From: an uncultured Alphaproteobacteria bacterium
Lineage (GTDB): Bacteria > Pseudomonadota > Alphaproteobacteria > Rhizobiales > Beijerinckiaceae
DNA length: 64,000 nucleotides
NCBI GenBank assembly: GCA_963701275.1
Contig: OY969582.1
Span: 2,175,344-2,239,343 of the forward strand
Direction of reading: 5' to 3'
The notes below the pieces were generated by a model. It was not told the origin of the DNA. It ran no database searches and worked only from the letters and a program-made list of their open reading frames with translations. Both the position numbers and the translations under genes were made by a program. This document shows, in pieces, positions 1-10,472 of this stretch (position 1 is the first letter of the stretch; each line of letters begins with the position of its first letter).

Positions 1-39
1 CAGTTGCTTTCCGCGCTGCGGATGTGGCTGCACCGGTGA
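1..39 (+). CDS. 3' end of an upstream hybrid kinase/response regulator (partial)
   Basis: Reads QLLSALRMWLHR*, a typical C-terminus of the receiver domain of multi-HAMP hybrid kinases. Confidence 0.55.
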   Translation, partial: QLLSALRMWLHR

Positions 40-52
40 CACCGAGGATCCT

Positions 53-2238
53 GTGCAGGACAAAGTAAACATCCTGCTCGTTGATGATCAGCCGTCAAAG
101 CTGCTGAGCTATCGAGGCGATTCTCGCCGAGCTGGGCGAAAACTTGATCGCGTGCGGCCTCGGCGCGCGAGGCGATTCGAGACATCTGCTGCGGACCGAG
201 ATCTCCGTCATATTGATGGACGTGCAGATGCCGGAGTTCGATGGATTCGAACTCGCGGCGATGATCCGAGAGCATCCGCGCTTCGAGCGAACGGCGATCA
301 TCTTTCGTCTCGGCGATCCATCTGAGCGAATTCGATCAGCTCAAAGGTTATGCGGCGGGCGCGGTCGATTATGTCTCGGTTCCGATCATCCCGGAGGTGC
401 TGCGCGCAAAGGTTCGCGTGTTCGCCGAACTATATCGAAAGACCCGCCAGCTCGAGCGAATGAACGAAGAGCTCGAGCGCCGCGTCGCGGCGCGAACCGC
501 CGAGCTGGAAGCTTCGACGCAACGGCTGAAAGACAGCGAGCAGCGCCGCAGCATCGCTCTAGCGGCGGGATCGATGGGATCGTGGGATTGGGAGACGGCC
601 ACCGGCAAGCAAGTCTGGGACGAAGGGCAGTTTCGGATCTGCGGTCTTGATCAAGGCGCCTTCAGCCCGACGTCGGCTGCCGTCGAAGAATTGCTTCATC
701 CGGAGGACAGGCAGGCAGTGCATCATGCTGCCGAACTGTCACTCAGGAGCGGGCAGACCTTCCATTCGGAGTTCCGCATCGTAAGGCCTAATGCGGAGAA
801 GTCAGGTGGTGCGTAGCGAACGCCGTGATCTCGCTTGATGAAGTGGGGCGTCCCGCACTCATGAGCGGCGTCACTTGTGATATGACCGAACGCAAGCTCG
901 CAGAGCAGGCGCTCGCGCAAATGAACGAGGAATTGGAGCGCCGCATCGATGAGCGCACGCGTGAACGGGAAATGGCGTTGGCACAACTCTTCGAAGCGCA
1001 GAAGACGGAAACGATCGGCCAGCTCACCGGCGGCGTCGCGCACGACTTCAATAACCTACTCATGGCAATTCTTGGCAGCCTCGATCTTGTGCGCAAACGC
1101 ATGACCGACGAGAGGTCGTTGCGACTGCTCGACAATGCGATCGAAGGCGCAGAGCGCGGCGCTGCGCTGACCAAGCGCCTCCTCGCATTCGCCCGCCGGC
1201 AAGAACTGAAGCCGGCGGCGGTCGATGTCGCCGTGCTGGTCAACGGCATCGAGGGTCTCTTGCAACGCGCGCTCGGGCCGTCAGTGCGATTGGCGATCTC
1301 CTTTCCAGACGGGCTTCCCGCGATCAAAATCGATGCCAATCAGACTGGAGCTGGCCCTGCTCAATCTGGCCGTGAACGCCCGCGACGCGATGCCCGACGG
1401 CGGTACGTTGTCGATATCCGCAGAACTCGTCCGTGCTCCACGGAACGGTCAGTTGACGCCCGGGGACTATCTTTGCCTCTCGCTTATCGATAGCGGCGTC
1501 GGGATGGACGAGGTCACTTTGGCGAAGGCGACGGAGCCCTTCTTCACCACCAAGGGACCCGGAAAGGGGACAGGCCTCGGCCTTTCGATGGTGCACGGCA
1601 TGGCCGCTCAGTCTGGCGGCGCTCTTTATCTTTCGAGTTCGCAGACTGTGGGGACGACTGTCCGGCTGTTTCTGCCTCTCGCGGAGACCGAGACCATCAA
1701 TCCAGAGGAAGAGCCCTCATATGCAATGCGCTCGACGGGATCCAATTGCCCGTCGCTCACCGTTCTGATCGTCGACGACGATCCGCTCGTTCGGACTGGC
1801 ACGGCAGCCATGCTGGAAGATTTGGGACATATCGTCATCGAGGCCGGGTCTGGCGCCGAAGCTCTTCATCAACTCGCCAATCCGGAGACGATCGATCTTG
1901 TGCTGACAGATTATGCGATGCCGGGAATGAACGGCGCTGACCTTATCCGCCAAATCGTGGATCGGCTGCCTCAGATGCGAACGATCTTTGCGAGCGGCTA
2001 TGCCGAAGCTTCGGGGGCTGAAGTAAGCTGTCCCTGTGTTCAGCTTACCAAACCGTTCAATCAGGATGAACTGGCGACCGCGATTTCCAAAGCCATGGCC
2101 CCGCCGCATCCGGCGCACCCGGCGAGCTTCCATCAGGTGCAATCACCGCCCAAGTGTGGATTCAGCGAAACGACGGGCTTGTCCGGAGCGGCAGGAGCAT
2201 CATCATTGCCACGCGCAATGTCGCGAGGGCGACGCTAA
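53..2238 (+). CDS. Hybrid sensor histidine kinase/response regulator (REC-PAS-HisKA-HATPase-REC), split by several frameshifts
   Basis: ILLVDD and [12 protein letters not shown] (REC), MGSWDW (PAS), [11 protein letters not shown] (H-box), [16 protein letters not shown] and GTGLGL, then a final LIVDDD...DYAMPGM receiver; spread over ORFs 53, 144, 397, 825 and 1225. Confidence 0.9.
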
Positions 2239-2435
2239 TCGCCGCGCTTTGCGGGAGCCGCACCGCATGCAGACTGTCGGCCTCGTCGACTGAGCGCGCG
2301 CGAACGCGATGGACAAGAACGCGGAGCACATGTCGATCGGCATTCAGTCGAGCGTCGCCGCCGCCCGGCCTTGATGGCCTTACCGAGGACGTGTCTGATG
2401 ATCTTAAGTGCTTCGGGTGGCGCGGCGAGCCGAAA

Positions 2436-2599
2436 TCAACTCAAATTCGTAGCAATCGCATTGAACTTGGCCGAAATGCTCGTGCCAAGTGCGCTGACCG
2501 CCACGATGATCACGACGGCGATCAGATCGGCGATGAGACCATATTCAATAGCCGTGGCACCGACTGATCCGCGACAAACCGCGAAAGAAGCTTCTTCAT
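2436..2599 (-). CDS. Flp/Fap type IVb pilin (1-nt frameshift near the leader)
   Basis: ATG at 2599 gives MKKLLSRFVADQS, then GATAIEYGLIA...IIVAVSALG, the Flp motif. Confidence 0.85.
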
Positions 2600-2854
2600 A
2601 AGGTGCACTCCTCGTCCCCGACTCTCCACAAATTCCAGTCCGACATCGCCCAGTGGCGTGTTGATGGAACGTCGGGGAAAGTGTGATCAATTCGTTGCGA
2701 TCACTTTAAGGCAGAAGCATCAATTGAAATGACGCGTAGCTCAAGCGCCACGAAGGTTAATGGCATCAAGTGTTGGCAAGTCGTGTTCGTGCATGTGACG
2801 AAGAGACGAGCCCTGCGGCCCTTAAGACGCGCGATCGTCGGCGCCTGTAGCTAC

Positions 2855-3097
2855 TCAGCCGCCGGCCCGAACGATCTTGTCTTCGAGCGTCTCCCCGTCA
2901 TGATCTCTGTGAAGTCGCGTCAGCGACACCGCGTCGAGTTGGTTGAGAACCTCTGACAGCTTGGCAGAGTCCGGGAAGGCAGGGGCAAAGCCATGCCCAT
3001 ATATCTTGCGCAGCGTGCGCACCAGCGTGTTGCCGTGTTTCTTGGAAATTTCGCCGTTTTTGTCACGGTGACGATTGTCAAGACCGGGCTCTTTCAT
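2855..3097 (-). CDS. Small conserved hypothetical protein
   Basis: 80-aa ORF with GGAGG RBS; RHRDKNGEISKKHGNTLV motif recalled from Rhizobiales small proteins. Confidence 0.75.
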   Translation of the reverse strand: MKEPGLDNRHRDKNGEISKKHGNTLVRTLRKIYGHGFAPAFPDSAKLSEVLNQLDAVSLTRLHRDHDGETLEDKIVRAGG

Positions 3098-3326
3098 ACG
3101 CGCCTCCTCTTTGCTTTCCTGAACAATTCTGGTGCACGGACTGTGGGCTGCGACTTCGATTATGCGGGAACAAAAAGTAACACGTTAACCAAATTGCGTC
3201 GATGGTGCCCCCGACGGCTGAATGAATTGGTACCTGCGCGGAGCCCGCGCGTTAACGCGTCAATGCCGGCTCGCGGCTGATGACCGACAAGCTCGACAAC
3301 CGGTGAGATCAATGCGAGCCAATTCG

Positions 3327-3622
3327 CTAGCGGTCGAAACCGTTCACCGCGACGGCGCGCAGGCCCTGCAGGGCAATCTCGATCAATCGGTCTTCGGTCT
3401 GCGCCGAGCAGGCTGCATAGATGGGGTAGAAAAAACTGGGCGCACCTGGAACGAGACGAAGCCTCCCAGCAGAAAGAAGCGAGGCGACTGCGCGTTGGCG
3501 GAAATAACCAGAGCCGCCAGCCTCCAGAATATAGCTCAAGGCCAGTGGGCCCAGGTCAACGAAGAGGCCCGTGTTGGTCACGTCGGGAAAATTGAGTCCG
3601 TGGTGAAGCGCGAAATCGGGGC
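3327..3622 (-). pseudogene. C-terminal fragment of a LysR-family regulator (substrate-binding domain; HTH missing)
   Basis: PDFALHHGLNFPD...LGPLALSYILEAGGSGYFRQRAV...GRLRLVPGAPSF; the frame ends abruptly at the narG junction. Confidence 0.7.
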
Positions 3623-3733
3623 ACGGTCGGCTCCAACCGCGACGAGTTCGTTATCGTTCGCAAGCTCAATAAAGTCGATTGGCTCGACCATTCCAACCCT
3701 GTCGATCGCGCTGTCGAGGAGACCGCTTCATGA
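3620..3733 (+). pseudogene. narG: Last 37 codons of the respiratory nitrate reductase alpha subunit
   Basis: GTVGSNRDEFVIVRKLNKVDWLD...* matches the conserved NarG C-terminus; its TGA overlaps the narH ATG (ATGA). Confidence 0.9.
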
Positions 3734-5262
3734 AGATCCGCGCTCAGATCGCGATGGTGATGAATCTCGACAAATGCATCGGCTGTCACACCTGTTCCGT
3801 CACTTGCAAGAACGTTTGGACCTCGCGCCAGGGCATGGAATATGCCTGGTTCAACAACGTCGAGACGAAGCCCGGCATCGGTTACCCCAAGGATTGGGAG
3901 AACCAGGAGCGCTGGCGTGGCGGATGGGAGCGCAAGAAGAGCGGCAAGATCGTGCCGAAGCAGGGCGGTCGCCTCTCGGTTCTCGCAAAAATCTTCGCCA
4001 ATCCGAATTTACCCGAGATCGATGACTATTACGAACCCTTCACCTTCGATTACGAGCATTTGCAGAAGGCGCCAGAATTGCCGACCGCGCCGGTGGCGCG
4101 GCCGCTGTCGCTCATCACCGGGCGCCCGATGGAAAAGATCGAATGGGGGCCGAACTGGGAGGAAATCCTCGGTGGCGAGTTCAACAAACGCTCACAGGAT
4201 TACAATTTCGAGGCCGTGCAGAAAGACATTTACGGCCAGTTCGAAAACACCTTCATGATGTATCTGCCCCAACTCTGCGAGCACTGTCTCAATCCGAGCT
4301 GCGTTGCATCCTGCCCTTCCGGTTCGATCTACAAGCGCGAGGAGGACGGCATCGTTCTGATCGACCAGGACAAGTGCCGCGGCTGGCGCATGTGCGTCTC
4401 CGGCTGCCCGTACAAGAAAATCTATTACAACTGGACCTCGGGAAAAGCCGAGAAATGCATTTTCTGCTATCCGCGCATCGAGGCCGGCCAGCCGACCGTC
4501 TGCTCGGAGACATGCGTAGGTCGCATTCGCTATCTGGGAGTCCTGCTCTACGATGCTGACGGCATCCAAAGCGCGGCATCCGTCGAGGATGAACAGGAGC
4601 TTTATGAGGCACAGCTGAAGTTGTTCCTCGATCCGAACGATCCAACGATTGCCGCCCAGGCCAGCGCGGACGGCGTCCCTGATGCCTGGATCGCGGCCGC
4701 GAAGCGCTCGCCCGCCTATAAGATGGCAGTTGACTGGAAGATCGCCTTCCCACTCCACCCGGAATATCGCACCTTGCCCATGGTCTGGTACGTGCCGCCG
4801 CTGTCGCCGATCCAGTCGCATGCAAATGCCGGGGCGATCGAGACGAATGGAGAGATTCCGGACGTCCGCTCGCTGCGTATTCCCGTTCGTTATCTGGCTA
4901 ACCTGCTGACGGCCGGCGCCGAGGCGCCGATTGTTGCCGCGCTGGAACGCATGCTCGCCATGCGCATCTATTTCCGGCGACGCCAACTCGGCGAGGGCGA
5001 TGAACGGGCGGTCCTCGCACAAACAGGACTGACGGTCGCGCAGGTCGAAGAGATGCATCGCTATCTTGCGATCGCCAATTACGAGGACCAATTCGTCATC
5101 CCGACCAGCCATCGCGAGCAGGCGGAGGATGCATACGGCTTGAAGGGCTCCTGCGGCTTCACCTTCGGTAACGGCTGCGACTTCGGACCGCCGCACTCGA
5201 CGCTATTCGGCGGAAAGATGGGGCGCCGCAAGCTGACGCCGGTACGGCCGCTGGATACCTGA
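3730..5262 (+). CDS. narH: Nitrate reductase beta subunit
   Basis: MKIRAQIAMVMNLDKCIGCHTCSVTCK, four Fe-S Cys clusters, PLHPEYRTLPMVWYVPPLSP. Confidence 0.97.
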   Translation: MKIRAQIAMVMNLDKCIGCHTCSVTCKNVWTSRQGMEYAWFNNVETKPGIGYPKDWENQERWRGGWERKKSGKIVPKQGGRLSVLAKIFANPNLPEIDDYYEPFTFDYEHLQKAPELPTAPVARPLSLITGRPMEKIEWGPNWEEILGGEFNKRSQDYNFEAVQKDIYGQFENTFMMYLPQLCEHCLNPSCVASCPSGSIYKREEDGIVLIDQDKCRGWRMCVSGCPYKKIYYNWTSGKAEKCIFCYPRIEAGQPTVCSETCVGRIRYLGVLLYDADGIQSAASVEDEQELYEAQLKLFLDPNDPTIAAQASADGVPDAWIAAAKRSPAYKMAVDWKIAFPLHPEYRTLPMVWYVPPLSPIQSHANAGAIETNGEIPDVRSLRIPVRYLANLLTAGAEAPIVAALERMLAMRIYFRRRQLGEGDERAVLAQTGLTVAQVEEMHRYLAIANYEDQFVIPTSHREQAEDAYGLKGSCGFTFGNGCDFGPPHSTLFGGKMGRRKLTPVRPLDT

Positions 5263-5271
5263 GGTGCAATC

Positions 5272-5913
5272 ATGTTTGTGTTCAAAGCCTTTAGCGCCTT
5301 GCTCTCCTATCCATCCGAAGAGATGAGGCAGGCGTTACCGGAGATCGCCGATGTCATCCGCGCGACACCGCTCGTCGCACCGCGCGAGCGCCGCGGTCTG
5401 CTCGAACTGATCGACGAGATCGGTGATGGCGATCTTTTGGCAGCCGAGGAGCGCTATGTCGATCTCTTCGATCGCGGTCGGGCCTTATCCCTGCACCTAT
5501 TTGAGCATCTGCACGGAGATAGCCGCGATCGAGGCCAAGCCATGGTCGAACTCAAACAGCTCTATCAGGGAGCCGGCTTTGTGCTCTCCAGCCGTGAGCT
5601 GCCGGACTACCTGCCCGTCGTGCTCGAGTATCTGAGCTGCCGTGAACTCGCTGAGGCGCGGGCCATGCTGGCAGACTGCGCCCACATTCTGACGACGATC
5701 GGTCGTTCGTTGGTCGCTCGGGAGAGCCGCTATGCTGCGATTCTGCAAGCACTGATCGTCATTGCCGGCGAAACCGCGATAGATAGCGCTGAGGTGCCGC
5801 CAGTGGACGAACAGGTCGAGACTCTCGATCGCGACTGGCTCGAGGAACCCGCTTTCGCCGGCGCTCCCATATCCACCGCTGCCGGGCGCCAGCCGCTTAG
5901 TCGGGAGGATTGA
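5272..5913 (+). CDS. narJ: Nitrate reductase molybdenum cofactor assembly chaperone
   Basis: YVDLFDRGRALSLHLFEH.HGDSRDRGQAM and ELPDYLP; position after narH. Confidence 0.95.
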   Translation: MFVFKAFSALLSYPSEEMRQALPEIADVIRATPLVAPRERRGLLELIDEIGDGDLLAAEERYVDLFDRGRALSLHLFEHLHGDSRDRGQAMVELKQLYQGAGFVLSSRELPDYLPVVLEYLSCRELAEARAMLADCAHILTTIGRSLVARESRYAAILQALIVIAGETAIDSAEVPPVDEQVETLDRDWLEEPAFAGAPISTAAGRQPLSRED

Positions 5914-6635
5914 CGATGCTGTCCAATAGTTATGTAAACACGCTCCTCTTCGGCATCTATCCTTATATCTGCCTTGCAATCTTGCTGCTCGGCAGTCTCA
6001 TCCGCTTCGACCGGGAGCCTTACACTTGGAAGACCGATTCATCGCAGATGCTGCGCAAGCGGGAGCTGCGACTCGGATCAAACCTCTTCCACTATGGCGT
6101 GATCGTCGTGATCCTCGGCCATTTGGCCGGCTTTCTGGCACCGAACTGGGCTGTCGACTGGGCTCTCTCGCCGGTCGCCCATCAACTCCTGGCGATGGTG
6201 GTCGGCGGTATCGCAGGGCTTGTTGCCATCGTCGGGCTCACAATTCTTCTGCATCGGAGGCTTGCTGATCCGCGTATCCGGCTCAACAGTCGTAAGTGGG
6301 ATATCGGCGTCGCACTCATGTTGTGGCTCCAGCTCGCCCTCGGTCTTCTCACCGTGCCGCTGTCGGCGTTCCATATGGATGGGGTCTTGTTCGAAACACT
6401 AACGAGCTACGTCAAGGGAGTTGTCACGCTGAACAGCGGCGCAGCGGCGCTCATGCTCGGGGTGCCACTGCCTTACAAGCTTCACATACTGCTCGGCTTC
6501 ACCATCTTTCTCGTATCACCCTTCACGCGCATGATTCATATCTGGAGCGGGGCCGGGGCGCTCGCCTATCTATTCCGGCCCTATCAGATCGTACGTACGC
6601 CGCGGACACGAGCAAAGGAGCCGATCCGCTCATGA
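5910..6635 (+). CDS. narI: Nitrate reductase gamma subunit (cytochrome b)
   Basis: YPY...RFDREPYTWKTDSSQ, SNLFH, PFTRMIHIWS; hydrophobic segments. Confidence 0.95.
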   Translation: MTMLSNSYVNTLLFGIYPYICLAILLLGSLIRFDREPYTWKTDSSQMLRKRELRLGSNLFHYGVIVVILGHLAGFLAPNWAVDWALSPVAHQLLAMVVGGIAGLVAIVGLTILLHRRLADPRIRLNSRKWDIGVALMLWLQLALGLLTVPLSAFHMDGVLFETLTSYVKGVVTLNSGAAALMLGVPLPYKLHILLGFTIFLVSPFTRMIHIWSGAGALAYLFRPYQIVRTPRTRAKEPIRS

Positions 6636-7351
6636 CTGTCGTGGTCAACGGCGTCGAGATTGCCGTCGGGACGGACGAGTTCGAGGAATTCGTTGCCGCG
6701 CGCGAGCTTCTCAGGCAGCGCGCCGTCTCGATCGGTCTAGTCGACGCTAATACGGTAGATAACCAAAAGGTCACCGAAGCCGTCGAAACGCTTCTTGCCC
6801 GCGAGGTCTCAACGCCGACGCCTACAGAGGAGAAATGCAGACGCTATTACGAGGCGCATCTGCAAGAATTCCAGAGCGGTGATCTGGTGCACGCGCGGCA
6901 CATTCTCTTCCAAGTCACACCATCGGTGAGTGTTTCGGAAATTCGCGCCCGGGCGGAACAGACCCTGAATGAGCTTCTGAGCAAGCCGGATCGCCTTGAC
7001 GCGGTCGCCCGCGAACTGTCGAACTGCCCGTCGGGTCAACACGGCGGCAATCTTGGCCAAATCGGTCGCGGCGATACTGTGCCCGAGTTCGAACGCGCAT
7101 TGTTCCGATTGGGGCCAACCGGACTCCTGCGCGAACTGGTCAAGACGCGCTACGGGTTCCACATCGTGGCAGTGGACCGGCGGATCCAAGGCGCAACGCT
7201 TCCTTTCGAGGCTGTCCGCGAGCGTATTGCGGGACGTCTGCAGGCGACGGTCGAGGAAAAGGCGCTGCGCCAATATGTCAGTATCATTGCTGGAGAGGCT
7301 GACATTCAGGGTGCGGAACTCAATCCGGCACAGACGGCATTGGTCCAATAA
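6632..7351 (+). CDS. PpiC/parvulin peptidylprolyl isomerase of nar operons (NifM-like)
   Basis: ARHIL, SNCPS...GGNLG, VPEFE, TRYGFHIV; ATG overlaps the narI stop. Confidence 0.9.
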   Translation: MTVVVNGVEIAVGTDEFEEFVAARELLRQRAVSIGLVDANTVDNQKVTEAVETLLAREVSTPTPTEEKCRRYYEAHLQEFQSGDLVHARHILFQVTPSVSVSEIRARAEQTLNELLSKPDRLDAVARELSNCPSGQHGGNLGQIGRGDTVPEFERALFRLGPTGLLRELVKTRYGFHIVAVDRRIQGATLPFEAVRERIAGRLQATVEEKALRQYVSIIAGEADIQGAELNPAQTALVQ

Positions 7352-7621
7352 ATGCTCGGAGAGCTTATTGCCCAACTCGATCGGCCTGGTGTCGCCGCGA
7401 GTGTGCTGACGGCGATAGATCCCGTCATCATGGGACAGATCGAGCGACGAGCGGCCGCAGCATCGATGGCTGTGGCAGACTTCGTTGCAGGTGCTGTCCG
7501 GGAGTTCGTCGAACGAGCCGATGATGATTTATGGTTTCAGTTGCTTACGGTTATTCGAGAGTCCGAGGATCCTGGTCTTGCCGCGGTCCAGAGAATCTTG
7601 CGATGGGTCATCATCGAGTAA
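7352..7621 (+). CDS. Hypothetical protein, last gene of the nar operon
   Basis: 89-aa ORF starting directly after the previous stop codon. Confidence 0.7.
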   Translation: MLGELIAQLDRPGVAASVLTAIDPVIMGQIERRAAAASMAVADFVAGAVREFVERADDDLWFQLLTVIRESEDPGLAAVQRILRWVIIE

Positions 7622-7726
7622 GAGTGGGCAATGCGATTCCGGTTCTTGATGAACTAATGCTATCGATCAGCTTCGTGCGCAATGCTTATTGCTAAGGCAT
7701 CGACGACGAGCTTTGGGAGGATCGCT

Positions 7727-7918
7727 ATGGACGAGGGCAGCTTCAACATGGCCGTGCGCAAATTCCTCAAGGAAGTCGGCGTCACATCGCAGCGCGAGAT
7801 TGAGCGCGTCGTTCGCGAGGGCAAGGTCGAGGGCGACAAACTGAAGTTGCGCATGACTCTTACGGCCGAGAACGTGCCACTCAATCATATTGTCGAAACG
7901 ATCATCGACCTCAGTTGA
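7727..7918 (+). CDS. Small conserved protein (DUF6494-like)
   Basis: GGGAGG RBS; FNMAVRKFLKEVGVTSQREIE motif. Confidence 0.75.
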   Translation: MDEGSFNMAVRKFLKEVGVTSQREIERVVREGKVEGDKLKLRMTLTAENVPLNHIVETIIDLS

Positions 7919-8011
7919 CCTGATCGGCCAGCTTCGAAGACGAAAGGCAATTTCGCGGAGAGAAGCGCATACCGCAAAACATCATCAAATGCGGACTGCC
8001 TAGTGTAGGTC

Positions 8012-8025
8012 TTGATGTAAATCAC
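8012..8025. promoter_or_regulatory. FNR/FixK-type box (1 mismatch)
   Basis: TTGATGTAAATCAC versus consensus TTGAT-N4-ATCAA. Confidence 0.5.
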
Positions 8026-8242
8026 TCGGTATCAGGAAATCTCTGAACCCTGACGTAAGCGGATGCGCTCAGTGAGACAGCCACACCGGCACACTCACGC
8101 GCAGGAGGTGGCGCTTGACCCCACCCCGGAATCGTCTCGTGGATCTGCGTACGGCAATGGGCGCGACGACAACGAGATTCGCATCCTCTTTGCGCCGCGA
8201 TCTTTCTTGGAGTGAGTCTTGTGGAAAGGGGTTGTACCTCAC

Positions 8243-9280
8243 CTACGCAGCGATGATGACTTTTAGCGCGTGCGTATCCGCCGCACGGCCGAAGGTATCA
8301 TAGGCATCGAGGATCCGGTCGAGCGTGAAGCGATGAGTGATGAGCTTGGTCGGATCGATCTTCTTCGATTGTACGGTCTTCATGAGCATGGGCGTGGTTA
8401 CGGTGTCCACCAAGCGTGTCGTGATCGCGATGTTCTGCGACCACAGCCGCTCCAGGTGCAGATCGACTTTCTGGCCGTGCACGCCGATGTTGGCGATGAC
8501 GCCGCCGGGAGCCACGATGTCCTGGCAGAGCTGGAAAGTGGCGGCCATGCCGACGGCTTCGATGGCGGTGTCGACGCCGCGGCCGCCGGTCAGTGCCTTC
8601 ACTGTCTCGGCGGCCTTTCCGTCCTTGCCGTTGATCGTATGCGTGGCACCGAACTGACGGGCAAGCCCGAGACGGTTATCGTCGAGATCGATCATGATGA
8701 TCTCGGCAGGCGAATAGAACTGCGCCGTCAAAAGAGCGGCAAGCCCGATAGGGCCGGACCCGACAATGGCGACCGCCGATCCCGGCGCCACCCTGCCGTT
8801 GAGCACGCCGCATTCGAAGCCGGTGGGCAGAATATCGCTCAGCATCACGATAGCCTCTTCGTCGGCGCCTTCGGGTATATGGTAGAGGCTGGTATCGGCG
8901 TGCGGGGTGCGGACATATTCAGCCTGGGTGCCGTCGATCTCGTTGCCGAGGATCCAACCGCCGGTCGTGCAATGCGAATACATACCGCGCCGGCAATACT
9001 CGCATTTGCCGCAGGACGAGATGCAGGAAATCAGAACTCGATCGCCCGAGCGGAAGTTGGTGACGCCGGTGCCGACGGCATCGACGACCCCGACGCCCTC
9101 ATGGCCGAGGATGCGGCCCGGCGTACAGGTCGGAACATCACCTTTCAGGATGTGCAGATCGGTCCCGCAGATGGTTGTCTTCACCATTTTCACGATCGCG
9201 TCGCCGGACGCCTGGATCTTCGGCTTGGGACGATCCTCGACCGCCTTCGAACCTGGGCCGCCGTAAACGAGCGCTTTCAT
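8243..9280 (-). CDS. Zinc-dependent alcohol dehydrogenase (MDR family)
   Basis: MKALVY, ICGTDLH, GHEGVG, CGKCEYC, GSGPIG. Confidence 0.95.
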   Translation of the reverse strand: MKALVYGGPGSKAVEDRPKPKIQASGDAIVKMVKTTICGTDLHILKGDVPTCTPGRILGHEGVGVVDAVGTGVTNFRSGDRVLISCISSCGKCEYCRRGMYSHCTTGGWILGNEIDGTQAEYVRTPHADTSLYHIPEGADEEAIVMLSDILPTGFECGVLNGRVAPGSAVAIVGSGPIGLAALLTAQFYSPAEIIMIDLDDNRLGLARQFGATHTINGKDGKAAETVKALTGGRGVDTAIEAVGMAATFQLCQDIVAPGGVIANIGVHGQKVDLHLERLWSQNIAITTRLVDTVTTPMLMKTVQSKKIDPTKLITHRFTLDRILDAYDTFGRAADTHALKVIIAA

Positions 9281-9616
9281 GTCATTCTCCTGTAAAATCC
9301 AATGCCGGTTCACAGATATGGCGTAATTGGCCGAGCATTCGGTGCGGTTCTCCGGTGCCTCCGTCATATTAAATTGGGACCAGTTCGGTGCCTCTAATGG
9401 ATCGGTGATAACTGCAAAAGCTGGCCCTGTCTCTTCCGTTATTCTCGACAAGAACTGTCTGCTCGCCTCGAAGCGGCGGGCATCGGCTTCAGGCTTACCC
9501 AGGAGGGAATCAAATGAAACTGTGCACTTCCGCTCATGGCGCAGTGCAGAAACGCAAACGCTCAATACAAATCGCATCTTTGCGCGCAAGTCAGTTTCAT
9601 AGGTCATTCATTTCAA

Positions 9617-9692
9617 TGGTGCCCAGGGGCGGAATCGAACCACCGACACTGCGATTTTCAGTCGCATGCTCTACCAACTGAGCTACCTGGGC
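9617..9692 (-). tRNA. tRNA-Phe (GAA)
   Basis: 76-nt cloverleaf GCCCAGG...CCCTGGGCACCA; anticodon loop CTGAAAA. Confidence 0.97.
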
Positions 9693-9892
9693 AGGTCGGG
9701 CAGCGTGCCGACGCGGCCGGTTTATAGAAAGCGGCGCCTTCCTTGTCCAGCGTGCCTTTGCGCGGCGCGGAAGATGAGAGTTCGCAGACACGAATCCCCA
9801 TGCGCAAGCGCATCGCGGCGCTCCTTGCCGAGCTTGACCGGCGAAGCTATAAGCGCCGCACCCTGGCTCGGACTTTGAGGATTTTACGACGT

Positions 9893-10315
9893 ATGGCGAT
9901 CGAGCGCACTTTTTCAATTCTCAAGCCCGACGCAACGCGCCGCAATCTCACTGGCGCAATCAACGCATTGATCGAGTCCGCCGGACTTCGCATCATCGCC
10001 CAGAAACGGGTCGTGATGACCCGTCCACAAGCAGAAACCTTTTATGCCGTTCACAAGGATCGGCCGTTCTTCCGTGACCTCGTCGACACGATGACGGCTG
10101 GGCCAGTTGTCGTTCAGGTGCTCGAAGGCGAGGATGCGATCAAGAAATATCGCGATGTCCTCGGCGCCACGGATCCGGCAAAGGCCAGTCCTGGGACCGT
10201 CCGCAAGGAGTTCGCTCTTTCGGTCGGCGAAAACTCGGCGCATGGATCGGATGCGCCCGAGACGGCCGCGATCGAGATCGCCCAATTCTTCTCCGGCAAC
10301 GAAATCACCGGCTGA
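9893..10315 (+). CDS. ndk: Nucleoside diphosphate kinase
   Basis: [14 protein letters not shown]...NSAHGSD. Confidence 0.97.
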   Translation: MAIERTFSILKPDATRRNLTGAINALIESAGLRIIAQKRVVMTRPQAETFYAVHKDRPFFRDLVDTMTAGPVVVQVLEGEDAIKKYRDVLGATDPAKASPGTVRKEFALSVGENSAHGSDAPETAAIEIAQFFSGNEITG

Positions 10316-10355
10316 ACCGGGCGCGTTCGAACGGGGCCTACCGCGTTAATTTGAG

Positions 10356-10390
10356 ATGAAAGTCCGGCCCTATTCCGGCCGGACTTTCAT
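10356..10390. terminator. Perfect 14-bp inverted repeat after ndk
   Basis: ATGAAAGTCCGGCC-7nt-GGCCGGACTTTCAT. Confidence 0.6.
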
Positions 10391-10472
10391 GGTGGCTTGC
10401 CGGCAAGCGGCGATCTTTCGGTTGCCGGATCTTGTTGGCTGATTGCGGGGCGCAGTGGGCACCACATCGGAC

